Translations under genes and position numbers: made by a program
Notes under the pieces: model-generated
Told to the model about the DNA's origin: nothing
What the model saw: the letters and a program-made list of their open reading frames with translations, nothing else
Databases searched by the model: none
Part shown: one piece after another, positions 53,012 through 62,742 of the stretch
How positions within the stretch are numbered: the stretch's first letter is position 1
How the letters are laid out: each line of letters opens with the position of its first letter
Assembly (NCBI GenBank): GCA_040260695.1
Contig: JBDQPG010000002.1
Span: forward strand, 8,171 to 72,170
Direction of reading: 5' to 3'
Length of the DNA stretch: 64,000 bases
From: Synechococcus sp. SFB_27S_18OctNov_coas_78
GTDB lineage: Bacteria; Cyanobacteriota; Cyanobacteriia; PCC-6307; Cyanobiaceae

Positions 53012-53197
53012 GGGACAGGTTCGGGGGACAAGGCTGCGCACACGCAACCAGACAAGGGCGATGGTAAGGGCTTCTGCCAGGTCGTTGGTCGAATCACGAC
53101 AGGGCTGCAACGTTCCAGTGACACGGTTTATCCCTTAAACCGTTCACAAAACGCAAACCTTCGCCGCATGATGGGGGCCTGTGTGCCCTTTACACCC

Positions 53198-53674
53198 ATG
53201 CCAGTGATCCGTTTCGTGCGTGAAGGTCGTGACGTGGAGTGCTACCCCGGAGAAAATCTGCGTGAAGTCGCTCTGCGTGAACGTCTCGAGCTCTACGGCC
53301 TTAAAGGACAGCTCGGTAACTGTGGCGGGTGTGGCCAGTGCAGTACGTGCTTTGTTTCAGTTGTCGACGAGACCAATGCCAATGCTTTGACGGAGCGAAC
53401 TCCTGTGGAGGACAGCAAGTTGCGTCGCCGCCCCCAGGAGTGGCGTTTGGCTTGTCAGGCCCTGGTTGAAAAATCGGTGATGGTTTTGACCCGGCCCCAA
53501 ATGCGCTTACCAGAGGCCGAGACAAGACTTGCTGCGGCCCGTCAGGCTCCCCTGCCGATGGGGCCGACGGCTTGGCCTGCTGCTCCCGACGATGAACTGG
53601 AAGGCGAGGACGAGCCAGATGGAGATCCCACGCTTGAGAAGGGTTCGGCTGCTACTGCCGATGAAGAGGGCTGA
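53198..53674 (+). CDS. 2Fe-2S ferredoxin-like protein with acidic tail
   Basis: NCGGCGQCSTC and RLACQ. Confidence 0.9.
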   Translation: MPVIRFVREGRDVECYPGENLREVALRERLELYGLKGQLGNCGGCGQCSTCFVSVVDETNANALTERTPVEDSKLRRRPQEWRLACQALVEKSVMVLTRPQMRLPEAETRLAAARQAPLPMGPTAWPAAPDDELEGEDEPDGDPTLEKGSAATADEEG

Positions 53675-53733
53675 GTTCGCTGCGACGATGGCCGCTTGTC
53701 GGTGATACCTTCGCGTGGATCCCTCCAGCGGCC

Positions 53734-53838
53734 ATGGAAACCAACGATCTCGGATTTGTTGCCAGCCTCATGTTCATTTTGGTTCCGGCAATCTTCTTGA
53801 TCGTGCTTTATATCGGCACGAACCGCAGCGAAGCCTGA
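53734..53838 (+). CDS. psbM: Photosystem II protein M (not in the ORF track)
   Basis: Manual translation METNDLGFVASLMFILVPAIFLIVLYIGTNRSEA. Confidence 0.96.
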   Translation: METNDLGFVASLMFILVPAIFLIVLYIGTNRSEA

Positions 53839-53841
53839 GAT

Positions 53842-54690
53842 TTACCGACGCTCCGGTTCCCGAACAAGCAGGACTGGGGCTGGAGCATGCACACGGATGT
53901 AATCGCTCACTGATCCACCAAGCAGCTTGTCGAGATCGACGAGTCCACGGGCGACAAGCGGTCGCCGATCTTGTGATGCGATCACGAGCATGTCTGCATT
54001 GATTTCTTCCGCTACGGCGCAAACGCTTCGACCGATATCTTTCCCTTCGGTGTGAATGGTTTTGAGGTCAACGCCGAAACTGCGTGCCCTTTGTACAGCT
54101 GCATCCAGGACGTCGTCGGCTTTGGTTCGTCCACCACGGGATGGGGCTGATTCCTGCCGAACCACGTGGAGACCGGTCAATGTTCCTCCCGGGATGTCTC
54201 TCACCAATTCGCAGGCGGTTCTCAGGGCGTCATCGCCAACCCCAGTCCCGTCAATCGTCACCATGACTCGATTGACGTGACGAACGTAGAGGTCGTCTCT
54301 CACCAACAGCATGGGCCGCGTTGACAGTTGAAACACGTATTGACTTGTGCTGTTAGCAAGGATGGATTGAAGTCGCCCAAGGCCTCGTGATCCCATCACG
54401 ATTAAGTCAGTGTTTAATTCCTCGGCCACTTTGAGAACGGTCTGCTTGGTATCCCCGTCCCGAACGATGAGCTGAACGGAGTTGGGGTCTAGTCCCATGC
54501 GACTGACTGCTCCATCGAGCATGGATTTCGCATTGTCGCGATGTCCCTCGGAGCCAGCTTTGCTCTGTTCTGGGACCACGTGCAGCAGATTGACTCGCGC
54601 TGTTTTGAAGCTGGGTATGTCCTGCAGCATGCGGATCATTTCTTCCACATGGCCTTTGCCGGAATCGGCAATCAGCAGGTTCCTAAACAT
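53842..54690 (-). CDS. Tandem-domain universal stress protein
   Basis: Two USP domains; DLIVMGSRGLG, GGSVSDYI....PVLLV. Confidence 0.9.
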   Translation of the reverse strand: MFRNLLIADSGKGHVEEMIRMLQDIPSFKTARVNLLHVVPEQSKAGSEGHRDNAKSMLDGAVSRMGLDPNSVQLIVRDGDTKQTVLKVAEELNTDLIVMGSRGLGRLQSILANSTSQYVFQLSTRPMLLVRDDLYVRHVNRVMVTIDGTGVGDDALRTACELVRDIPGGTLTGLHVVRQESAPSRGGRTKADDVLDAAVQRARSFGVDLKTIHTEGKDIGRSVCAVAEEINADMLVIASQDRRPLVARGLVDLDKLLGGSVSDYIRVHAPAPVLLVREPERR

Positions 54691-54735
54691 GATTGATGCG
54701 GCAGCCTTTGTGAAAGCCTATGGGCAGGACAGGCC

Positions 54736-55188
54736 TTGACAAAGAAGCTGACGGACAGCGTTACGCCGAAGCCCTGGAGGTTGCACAAGCGTGTTCTGCC
54801 GCAACACACCGATCACGCCGGTGTGATGTGGCATGGGGCCTATGTGGCTTGGTTGGAAGAAGCCAGGGTGGAAGCGTTGGTTGCTGCAGGCATGAGCTAT
54901 GCCGAGATGACGGCACTGGGTTTGGAGATGCCAGTTGTGTCCTTGCGGATCAACTACCGACATGCCCTTCGTCATGGCGACTTGGTTGTGTTGGAGAGCA
55001 TCAGTGGCTGCCCTGTCGGAGTTCGTTGGCCATGGCATTGCCAGATGCTTCTCAACGGAAAGGTGATGGCTGATGCATCGATCGACCTGGTCATGGTGTC
55101 CGCTGGTCGCGTGTTGCGACGCGCTCCTGCCCAGCTGGAGCAACACATGGCACGCCTCCATCGAGGCCCATCCCGCAAGGATGATTAA
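54736..55188 (+). CDS. Hotdog-fold acyl-CoA thioesterase (YbgC/4HBT family)
   Basis: TDHAGVMWHGAYVAWLEEAR. Confidence 0.88.
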   Translation: MTKKLTDSVTPKPWRLHKRVLPQHTDHAGVMWHGAYVAWLEEARVEALVAAGMSYAEMTALGLEMPVVSLRINYRHALRHGDLVVLESISGCPVGVRWPWHCQMLLNGKVMADASIDLVMVSAGRVLRRAPAQLEQHMARLHRGPSRKDD

Positions 55189-55191
55189 ATT

Positions 55192-55205
55192 GGTTCATAT
55201 GTACT
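55192..55205. promoter_or_regulatory. Putative cyanobacterial LexA box upstream of dprA
   Basis: GGTTC-ATA-TGTACT, one mismatch to RGTAC-N3-DGTWCB, ending 9 nt before the dprA ATG. Confidence 0.45.
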
Positions 55206-55214
55206 AGTTTTGCA

Positions 55215-56288
55215 ATGGAGCGGAGTTGGTGGTGGCTCTGGAGTTGCTGCCCTGGCCTTGGTTCGGCGCGGCTTCGGGCTCTTCGTTCCGTCGCCAGTCA
55301 GTCTTCGGTGGGCCCATGCGACCTTTGGACCTGGCCCCTGCATCGGCTCCAATCGGTGCTGTTTTGGCCCGAATCCTGCTGGGCCAGTGTGGAACGCTTC
55401 CGCCGAAAGCATGGCGAAGCCCCCAAGATCACCGTCCCCGCCAATCTGCTCCTGCCGGAGGATCAGCTATGGCCGCAGGGAGTTGACCATCTTGATCGCC
55501 CCCCTGTTCTGTTGCATTACAGCGGTGATTCTTCGCTTCTCTCCGAGCTGCACCAGCGGCACGCCGTCGCTGTTGTGGGGACCAGGGCCGCATCAGACCA
55601 TGGCATCGCATTCGCTGAGGATCTCGGTCGCACGCTGTCGTCGATGGGCTGGCCAGTGGTTAGTGGTTTGGCGGAAGGTATCGATGCTGCGACCCATCGC
55701 GGCTGTTTAGGGGCAGGAGGTCGTCCGGTGGCGGTCTTGGGGACCTCATTGGACCGTGTTTACCCTCGTCACCACCAAGAACTACAAGCAGAAGTGAGTC
55801 GGCAAGGGCTTCTGCTGAGCGAGTTATCGCCAGGGACCCCTAGTCGTCGAGGTTCATTCGCAGAACGGAACCGGTTAATTGTTGCGTTGGCAAAAGCCCT
55901 GGTAGTCGTGGAGTGTCCTGAGAGCAGCGGTGCATTGATTTCTGCCAAGTTCGCAGCTCAACTCCAATGCCCTGTTTGGGCGGTTCCTGGTGATGCACGT
56001 CGCTGGTCCTCGCGCGGTAGCAATGCCCTTCTTCAGAACCAAGCCGCACCGCTACTCGCTCCTGGTGACCTGGTCGATCATCTCGGGCTAGGCCCGTTGG
56101 TGTCTTCCACCCAACGGGTCGCTCAAGACGCCTTATTCGAAGCAATCGGGGATGGTGCTTCCCTCGAGGATCTCCAGCGGCGCTTGGGGGATCGTGGGGG
56201 CCATCTTCCGTCTCAGCTGTTGGCCCTCGAGTGTCAAGGACAGTTGGTGTGTGAGGCTGGCCATCTCTGGCGGCATCGCAGATCTTGA
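55215..56288 (+). CDS. dprA: DNA-processing protein DprA/Smf
   Basis: VAVVGTR, VSGLAEGIDA, VLGT...YP, RNRLIVAL, SGALIS. Confidence 0.93.
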   Translation: MERSWWWLWSCCPGLGSARLRALRSVASQSSVGPCDLWTWPLHRLQSVLFWPESCWASVERFRRKHGEAPKITVPANLLLPEDQLWPQGVDHLDRPPVLLHYSGDSSLLSELHQRHAVAVVGTRAASDHGIAFAEDLGRTLSSMGWPVVSGLAEGIDAATHRGCLGAGGRPVAVLGTSLDRVYPRHHQELQAEVSRQGLLLSELSPGTPSRRGSFAERNRLIVALAKALVVVECPESSGALISAKFAAQLQCPVWAVPGDARRWSSRGSNALLQNQAAPLLAPGDLVDHLGLGPLVSSTQRVAQDALFEAIGDGASLEDLQRRLGDRGGHLPSQLLALECQGQLVCEAGHLWRHRRS

Positions 56289-57175
56289 CGGGACAGCAGC
56301 TCCTTGCTGGCGATGACCTGCTGGCCTGGCGCCGTTGTCAACTGCGTCGCGGTGGACGCTCCGTTGATCTCGATTGGTTGCTCGATCTTGGTGCAGGTGT
56401 GCCCTGGTCAGCATTGCAGCGGCTTTTGCTTGATGCAGAAGCCATGGTCTCGATTGATCGGCCATTGGACGAGCTTGAACAGCTTTGGTTGCGCCATTTG
56501 GAGCAGTGTGAGCCGCTTCAGCACTTGGTTGGTGTCTGTCCGTGGCGAGATCTCCTGTTGGAGGTGTCCTCCGCTGCCTTAATTCCCCGACAGGAAACGG
56601 AGCTTTTGGTGGATTTGGCTTTGGCTTTTGTGGAGGGAGGATCCCCAAGCCGTTGGGCCGACTTAGGGACGGGATCAGGTGCTGTAGCCGTCAGCTTGTG
56701 CCGTGCATGGCCTGATGCAGAGGGGCACGCGGTGGACTTGAGCGTTGATGCGTTGTCGCTCGCTGAGAAAAATCTCAAGGTCCTCGCGCCACAACAAACC
56801 TGTCACTTGCACCATGGCTCTTGGTGGCTTCCCTTGCGGCCCTTTTGGGGGCAGCTTGAAATTGTGGTGAGTAACCCCCCATACATCCCTCGGCGATTAA
56901 TCGGGGAGTTGGACCCTGTCGTGCGGGACCATGAACCCCATCTTGCGTTGGTTGGAGGGGAGGACGGACTTGAGGCCATTCGCTCCTTGTTGATGGATGC
57001 GCCGCAGGCTCTTGCTCCAGGTGGCGTGTTGTTGTTAGAGCACCACCATGACCAAAGTGAGAGCGTCCAGGAATTAATGCTGGAAGCTGGCTTGGTGAAT
57101 GTTCGTGCCGCGAACGATCTTGAGGGGGTGGCCCGTTTTGCCCAGGGTCAGCGAGATATCGCACTAGCCAGATGA
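56285..57175 (+). CDS. prmC: Release factor glutamine methyltransferase
   Basis: LIPRQETE, DLGTGSG, SNPPYI, HEP..AL.GG.DGL. Confidence 0.93.
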   Translation: MTGQQLLAGDDLLAWRRCQLRRGGRSVDLDWLLDLGAGVPWSALQRLLLDAEAMVSIDRPLDELEQLWLRHLEQCEPLQHLVGVCPWRDLLLEVSSAALIPRQETELLVDLALAFVEGGSPSRWADLGTGSGAVAVSLCRAWPDAEGHAVDLSVDALSLAEKNLKVLAPQQTCHLHHGSWWLPLRPFWGQLEIVVSNPPYIPRRLIGELDPVVRDHEPHLALVGGEDGLEAIRSLLMDAPQALAPGGVLLLEHHHDQSESVQELMLEAGLVNVRAANDLEGVARFAQGQRDIALAR

Positions 57176-57780
57176 CTGCTCCCATCAGCCCAGGGGTGTG
57201 TTCCATTCCGTCGGTGGTGCGTCGTTTGCGGGCTTTGGACGCCGTTGTGATTCCGACGGATACGTTGCCGGGCCTGGCTGTTTTGCCCGAGACCGCCCAG
57301 AAAATTGTGACGTTGAAACATCGGCCAGCTGATAAGCCGCTGATCTTGATGGGGGCCACGATTGATGCTCTTTTAGAGGGTGTCGAGCCCTGTTGTCATC
57401 ACGATGCTCAAGAGCTGGCAGCGAAGTATTGGCCTGGCGCGATCACGTTGGTTCTGCCCGCTCGAGGGCCTTTTGTCGATTATCTCAATCCCGGTGGGTC
57501 CAATCTTGGCTGTCGGATTCCTGCCTGTGCAATCACGCGGGAGCTTCTTTTGATGAGTGGTCCGCTCGCCACCAGTAGTGCCAATCCCTCTGGTTTGCCC
57601 GCGGCCACGACCGCCCTTGAGGCTGCTCGGTTGTTTCCGGCTTTGGCGCAGCTCGGACCCCAGCCATGGCCGATGCACTCAGGACAGGCGAGCACTGTTC
57701 TGGTCTGGAACAGTCCTGGGTGTTGGCGCCTCGCCCGTCGTGGTGCTGTGATGCCGGAGGGAATCACAGCATCGGAATGA
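57172..57780 (+). CDS. tsaC: L-threonylcarbamoyladenylate synthase (Sua5/YrdC)
   Basis: PTDTLPGL, K.RP.DKPL, WPGAITL, TSSANPSG. Confidence 0.9.
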   Translation: MTAPISPGVCSIPSVVRRLRALDAVVIPTDTLPGLAVLPETAQKIVTLKHRPADKPLILMGATIDALLEGVEPCCHHDAQELAAKYWPGAITLVLPARGPFVDYLNPGGSNLGCRIPACAITRELLLMSGPLATSSANPSGLPAATTALEAARLFPALAQLGPQPWPMHSGQASTVLVWNSPGCWRLARRGAVMPEGITASE

Positions 57781-57950
57781 TCATTCTTGTGGGCCTTTGC
57801 TTGGCCGTGATGACTTTTCTTCACTGGGTTCTGGAACCCCTGGAATTCGTCTTGACTCCCGCTCTTCAGTTCAACCTGATCCCCTGGTGTTTGTTACTGG
57901 TGGGCGTTTGGTTGTTTGCAGGTCGTGTCAACACAGACAGCAACGATTGA
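57777..57950 (+). CDS. Small hydrophobic hypothetical protein (57 aa)
   Basis: ATGA overlap with the tsaC stop; two hydrophobic segments. Confidence 0.6.
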   Translation: MIILVGLCLAVMTFLHWVLEPLEFVLTPALQFNLIPWCLLLVGVWLFAGRVNTDSND

Positions 57951-57958
57951 TTGTTTCA

Positions 57959-58030
57959 AGCCGGCTAACGGATTTGAACCGATGACCTTCGCTTTACAAA
58001 AGCGCTGCTCTACCACTGAGCTAAGCCGGC
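57959..58030 (-). tRNA. tRNA-Thr(TGT)
   Basis: Reverse complement GCCGGCTTAGCTCAGTGGTAGAGCAGCGCTTTTGTAAAGCG...GTTCAAAT...AGCCGGCT. Confidence 0.96.
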
Positions 58031-58043
58031 TTATTACTCCATC

Positions 58044-58280
58044 TTACCGATCAGTGGACAGCGGATCATGGCCGCTCAACGGTCGTTTCATCAGCCAAAG
58101 GGCTAGTTCGAGTCGATTGCGACAACCTGTTTTGCACAAGGCACGGCTGATATGACATTCCACGGTTCTGAGGCTTAAAACGAGTCGATGGGCGATGGCG
58201 CGATTCGTTAAACCTTGGAGCAATAGAGCACTAACCCGGGCTTCCGATGGAGTGAGCGGTGTGATGGATGTCAAAGCCAA
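58044..58280 (-). CDS. Stand-alone LuxR-type HTH protein
   Basis: LTPSEARV..LL.QGLTNRAIA..L.LS.RTVECHI. Confidence 0.88.
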   Translation of the reverse strand: MALTSITPLTPSEARVSALLLQGLTNRAIAHRLVLSLRTVECHISRALCKTGCRNRLELALWLMKRPLSGHDPLSTDR

Positions 58281-58293
58281 ACGTGGCGACTGC

Positions 58294-58581
58294 TTAAAGG
58301 GTTCCCCCGCTAGGTGCCTGTGGGATTGATCGACGAATGGGCAGATTGGCGACGAGAGCCGTCATGCGGTCTTCGGTTTCAAGACTGACGTCTCCTTCCT
58401 CGATATCGATCTCCACGTATCGAGCAACAACCTCGAGGATTTCTCGGCGCATTTGGGCCAGAAGCTCGGGATTGAGGTCGCTGCGGTCGTGGGCCAGAAC
58501 GAGTTGCAACCGTTGTTTGGCTGTACTTGCGCTGGAGGTTTGACGGCCTAAAAGCTTGTCGATGAAATCTTTGACGGTCAT
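58294..58581 (-). CDS. minE: Cell division topological specificity factor
   Basis: [32 protein letters not shown]. Confidence 0.96.
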   Translation of the reverse strand: MTVKDFIDKLLGRQTSSASTAKQRLQLVLAHDRSDLNPELLAQMRREILEVVARYVEIDIEEGDVSLETEDRMTALVANLPIRRSIPQAPSGGTL

Positions 58582-58585
58582 CGAT

Positions 58586-59398
58586 TCAAAAAAGTCTGGT
58601 TTGCATTAATTGGCGCACTCGGGCTCGGAACCCTTTGCGTGCTTCAGAAGGATCCATTAGGGGAATGTCTTCGCCCTGAAGCCTCCTGGCGATGTTGTTG
58701 TAAGCCCTGGCTGCAGGAGAGCCGCTCTCCCCCAGCGTCAGTGGTTCCCCACGATTGGTACTCACAATCACCTGCTCATCTTCAAAGACCAAACCCAGGA
58801 GTGGGAGAGCCAAGATGTCGGTGACATCGTCGACAGTCAGCATCTCTTGATTGGACATCATCTTGGGCCGCACTCGGTTTAAGACGAGTTGCACAGGGGT
58901 GACCCCTTGGGTGTTGAGCAGACCAATAACGCGATCTGCATCACGCACTGCGGCGACTTCAGGAGTGGTCACAACAACAGCTTCACGAGCTGCAGCGGCC
59001 GCATTTTTGAAGCCGTCTTCGATACCGGCAGGGCAGTCGATCAGGACGTAGTCAAATTGCTCCTCGAGCAATGACACGATTGCTTTCATGTCTTTTGGCG
59101 TCAGCCATTCGAGCATTCGAGGATTGCCAGCGGGCAATAGGGCCAGGTTGGGCTCCTGCTTGTGTTTCACCAGGGCTTGCTCCAATCGGCACGTCTCGGC
59201 AAGCACCTCTTGGGCCGTGAAAACAATTCTGTTTTCGAGGCCTAAGAGAAGGTCGAGATTGCGAAGGCCGAAATCGGCATCAAGCACGACGGTCCTCGCC
59301 CCAAGCCTGGCGAGGGCGATGCCGAGGTTGGCTGTTGTGGTGGTTTTGCCGACGCCGCCCTTGCCGGAGCAGATCAGGATCGTTCGGGTCGTCGACAC
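58586..59398 (-). CDS. minD: Septum site-determining ATPase
   Basis: [40 protein letters not shown]. Confidence 0.98.
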   Translation of the reverse strand: MSTTRTILICSGKGGVGKTTTTANLGIALARLGARTVVLDADFGLRNLDLLLGLENRIVFTAQEVLAETCRLEQALVKHKQEPNLALLPAGNPRMLEWLTPKDMKAIVSLLEEQFDYVLIDCPAGIEDGFKNAAAAAREAVVVTTPEVAAVRDADRVIGLLNTQGVTPVQLVLNRVRPKMMSNQEMLTVDDVTDILALPLLGLVFEDEQVIVSTNRGEPLTLGESGSPAARAYNNIARRLQGEDIPLMDPSEARKGFRARVRQLMQTRLF

Positions 59399-59455
59399 CG
59401 GGATTCCGCTTTGTTTGGATCAGGATAAGCTCCAGATCCGTCGTGACAACTCCGA

Positions 59456-60115
59456 TCAACCGTGTCGGAAGCTCAGCACCTCGGCTGGATCGATTTTGAT
59501 CACACCGTTACGCAGGGAGGCTTGTTCAGCTAATCCTGGCTGGGGAAGGTCGTCCGGTCCGCGTGCGACAGCATCGGCGATGCGGAGCTGAAGAGGACGG
59601 AGTTGCAGAGCGACGATCCGAGCCTGGGCGGATCCATCTGATCCTGCATGGGCTACACCCCTTAGCCGTCCCCATACGAAAATGTCCCCAGATGCAGTCA
59701 CCGTCGCTCCAGGATTGACATCTCCATAAATCAAAATGCTCCGTTCCGTTTGTAAGTAGTCACCGGATCGCAATGTGCCCTGATGAAACATCACGCCAGT
59801 GGGCTGTGGTTGTGATCTCGCGCTCGGGACCTCATTCCCTAAAAGGTTTTTTGGGCAGAGGGCCAAAGGCCGTTGCAACTTGGCCTCTAAACCAAGGGCT
59901 GAGGCGCTGACGATGGTGTCAGGAATGTTGCTGATCAGGGAATCAAGCCGTTGCTCGCTTTGATTCACTTGAGCCATGAGGTCTTGGAGGTCTGTGCAAT
60001 TCAGCTGCCAGTCCCCACAGTCAAGATCAATACCGTCCGCGTTTGCGCTGTGAAGCAATTCCTTGATCGCGTCCTTCCAGTGCTGATCACGATGGTTTGG
60101 GAGTTTTAATTTCAT
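59456..60115 (-). CDS. minC: Septum site-determining protein MinC (start 60115 or 60148)
   Basis: TLRSG, GDVNPGA, VWGRLRGVAHAG, PLQLRIA. Confidence 0.93.
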   Translation of the reverse strand: MKLKLPNHRDQHWKDAIKELLHSANADGIDLDCGDWQLNCTDLQDLMAQVNQSEQRLDSLISNIPDTIVSASALGLEAKLQRPLALCPKNLLGNEVPSARSQPQPTGVMFHQGTLRSGDYLQTERSILIYGDVNPGATVTASGDIFVWGRLRGVAHAGSDGSAQARIVALQLRPLQLRIADAVARGPDDLPQPGLAEQASLRNGVIKIDPAEVLSFRHG

Positions 60116-61389
60116 GTCTCTGCTGTCAAGTTCGAACGTGTCGTCCATGCATGATCCATGGTTTGGCGAAGCTCAGCGCTGATCTCCGCCGGATGGATCA
60201 GCCAAGATGTGGCCGCAGGTTGGCTCAGGCTCCTCACAAGGGGGGAAACTTGCTCAAGCGCTTGAAGATTTTTTCCATCCCAAAGTCGTAACCCTCCCCT
60301 ATATGGGTGGTATCCGCGGATTTGCTGATGGCGAAGACCACAACAATTTTGGGGATCATGGCCCAAGTCTTCGGTCAGACGCGTAGCGATCGCCAATGAC
60401 TTGAGTTGGTTTTCACGGCTCAAATGATCCACGGCTGTCGCTTTCAACAACCGGCGGTCGAGAAAACGGGCACTCAGTTCTGCCACCGGTGAAGGTCCTT
60501 CCTCTTTCCAGCGCTGGAGGTGATATCCGGTACGCATGTCGTCATTGGACAGGAAACAATCCAGGTTGATTCGGTCGGTTTTCCACAACCACTGGCCCAT
60601 CACGTCATCAGCCCAGACTTTCTTCGAACCGAGATCTCGTACCAATTGGACTAGGCGTTCCAGCAGCCAGTTGCACACCACATTCAGACGGTGGTTGTAC
60701 ACGCTGCGGTACATCAAATTACGAACGACGAGGTAATGCTCCACGGCCATTAACCCCTTGGGATGAATGGCGATGTCGCCGTCTGGCGCAAGTGTTAAGG
60801 CCCCTAAAACCCGGTCTATGTCGAGTTGGCCATAGCGCGTGCCCGTGCTGTAACTATCGCGAATTAAATAATCGAGTCGGTCGCAATCCAATTGACTACT
60901 GACCAACCGTTGAATGACTGGATGGGGGCTAATCCCGTGCTCCAACAAAGCGGCGACGGAATCGGCAGTGCCTGCCTGCTCTTGTTCAAGACATTCACGA
61001 ATGGCGTGATGTTCGCGGATGATTCGCGCAGACCAGGTCTCATGTCGCAATCCAAACATCTCCTCCCCCGTATGACTCAGGGGGCCGTGGCCTAAGTCAT
61101 GGAGCAGAGCTGCGGCATACAAGACAGGCCTGTGGACCTCTAATTCAGGGGCTTGCTCAACCATGCGCTTAAACGCGCGACGCGCCAGATGAAAGACCCC
61201 TAATGAGTGGGTGAATCGGCTTGATTCGGCGCCATGAAAGGTCAGGAAGGCCGGACCGAGCTGGCGCACGCGACGCAGGCGTTGAAATGGCGTGGTGTCC
61301 ACCAGGTCCATCACCATGCCCTCGCAAGGAGCGTTCCGCTCCAGGCTGATCTCTCGATGCAGTGGGTCGTTATATGTGCGTTGCGTCAC
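60112..61389 (-). CDS. HD-domain phosphohydrolase (dNTPase-like)
   Basis: DPLH, FQRLRRVRQLG, RFTHSLG, ALLHDLGHGPLSH, LDCDRLDYL.RD; GTG overlaps the ctpA stop. Confidence 0.9.
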   Translation of the reverse strand: MTQRTYNDPLHREISLERNAPCEGMVMDLVDTTPFQRLRRVRQLGPAFLTFHGAESSRFTHSLGVFHLARRAFKRMVEQAPELEVHRPVLYAAALLHDLGHGPLSHTGEEMFGLRHETWSARIIREHHAIRECLEQEQAGTADSVAALLEHGISPHPVIQRLVSSQLDCDRLDYLIRDSYSTGTRYGQLDIDRVLGALTLAPDGDIAIHPKGLMAVEHYLVVRNLMYRSVYNHRLNVVCNWLLERLVQLVRDLGSKKVWADDVMGQWLWKTDRINLDCFLSNDDMRTGYHLQRWKEEGPSPVAELSARFLDRRLLKATAVDHLSRENQLKSLAIATRLTEDLGHDPQNCCGLRHQQIRGYHPYRGGLRLWDGKNLQALEQVSPLVRSLSQPAATSWLIHPAEISAELRQTMDHAWTTRSNLTAET

Positions 61390-62621
61390 GGGATCGAGTT
61401 GTTGCTGTCGAGTTCCAGCAACGACGCCATCCACTGCTCCGCTTCATTCAGCCAGCGGTCCCCGTCTCCGCCTGGGTTGAGAGGTTCGGGCTCGGACAGA
61501 AGTCGGTCGGGTTCAATCCCTGCATCTTGAATATCACGACCACTGGGGGTGACGTAGCCCGCCACGGTGATAGCAAGACCACTGCCATCACTGAGGTTGG
61601 TGAGGGTTTGAATGAGCCCTTTCCCAAAGGTTCGATTGCCCAGCAAGGTTGAGCGGCCACTGTCCTGCAAGGCACCCGCGAGGATTTCGCTAGCGCTTGC
61701 CGTACCGCCATTCACAAGGGTCAACATTGGTCCATCGAACAGGGTTGAAGGCCCTGCCTGAATGCTGTCTGTAATTCCCTCTCTGTTGCGGGTTTCCACG
61801 ATGGCGCCCCCACTGAGAAAATCGTCCGCCACAGCCAATCCAGAACTCACGAGTCCACCAGAGTTATTGCGGAGGTCCAACACCAATCCTTCAATTCCCC
61901 TGTCTTGCAGTTCACGGAGTGCCTCCAGCACCTGCTTGGGAACCCCTTCGGTGAACTGGGTAATTCGTAAATACCCCAGCGTGTGAGATTCGGTGCGCAA
62001 CCGCCTTGTCCGCACCGGACGAAGGTCGACGCTGCGCCGCTCTAAGGACAACTCTTCGGGTTTGTTGCTTCCTTCCTGCAAGGTCAGAACCACCTGGGTG
62101 CCAATTTCACCGCGCAGTGCATTGGCGGCGCCTTCGAGGCCGAGATCGGCGATTTGTTTCCCATCGACGGCGAGCAGATAAGTTCCGCTTGCGATCTCGG
62201 CATCCGCAGCTGGGGATCCGTCCAAGGCTGAAATCACGACCACTTGGTCTGGGCGATCATCTGGACCGAGTTGCAGCCCCACACCGCTGAGGTTGCCATT
62301 GGTGCTGTTTTTGATGGCTGCGTAGTCGTTTGGCCGTAGGAGTCGCGTGTAAGGGTCACCGAGTTCGCCGAGCATTGCTTCGATGGCGCTGTAGGCGTCA
62401 TCGCTGCTTTGAATTGTTTTCTCGAGAGCCTTCTGACGTTGGCGCCGCCATCGCACCTCATCGAGCCGTTCTGGGTTCCAGTAGCCCTGGTTCACCAATC
62501 GCCAGCTATCGACCACCAGTTGTTGGGTATCGCTAAGGGCGTGCACCGTCGAAATGGGGGCGAACACCAGTCCAAACGCGAAGCAGGCCGCAATAAATGA
62601 AGCGATGAGCTTTTTGGCCAT
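61386..62621 (-). CDS. ctpA: Carboxyl-terminal processing protease (S41; start 62621 or 62675)
   Basis: Signal peptide, DPYTR, PDZ GVGL, LDLRNNSGG, TASASEI, TFGKG. Confidence 0.9.
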   Translation of the reverse strand: MAKKLIASFIAACFAFGLVFAPISTVHALSDTQQLVVDSWRLVNQGYWNPERLDEVRWRRQRQKALEKTIQSSDDAYSAIEAMLGELGDPYTRLLRPNDYAAIKNSTNGNLSGVGLQLGPDDRPDQVVVISALDGSPAADAEIASGTYLLAVDGKQIADLGLEGAANALRGEIGTQVVLTLQEGSNKPEELSLERRSVDLRPVRTRRLRTESHTLGYLRITQFTEGVPKQVLEALRELQDRGIEGLVLDLRNNSGGLVSSGLAVADDFLSGGAIVETRNREGITDSIQAGPSTLFDGPMLTLVNGGTASASEILAGALQDSGRSTLLGNRTFGKGLIQTLTNLSDGSGLAITVAGYVTPSGRDIQDAGIEPDRLLSEPEPLNPGGDGDRWLNEAEQWMASLLELDSNNSIP

Positions 62622-62742
62622 GGGAGATGTGTTGCGCCGCAGGCGATGCGAGAAGTTGTTAACAGTTGGATACATCACAGTCCTTTCGCCTCGTTGGTTG
62701 AAGCGTGCTCCGTAGACTTTCGCAACCCGAGCCCGCTTGTGC

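Noticed and set aside
52934-53197. Extended starts for the ferredoxin (52934) and psbB (53110)
   Set aside because: They overlap each other and the divergent promoter; conserved starts are MPVIRF (53198) and MGLPWY (53011).
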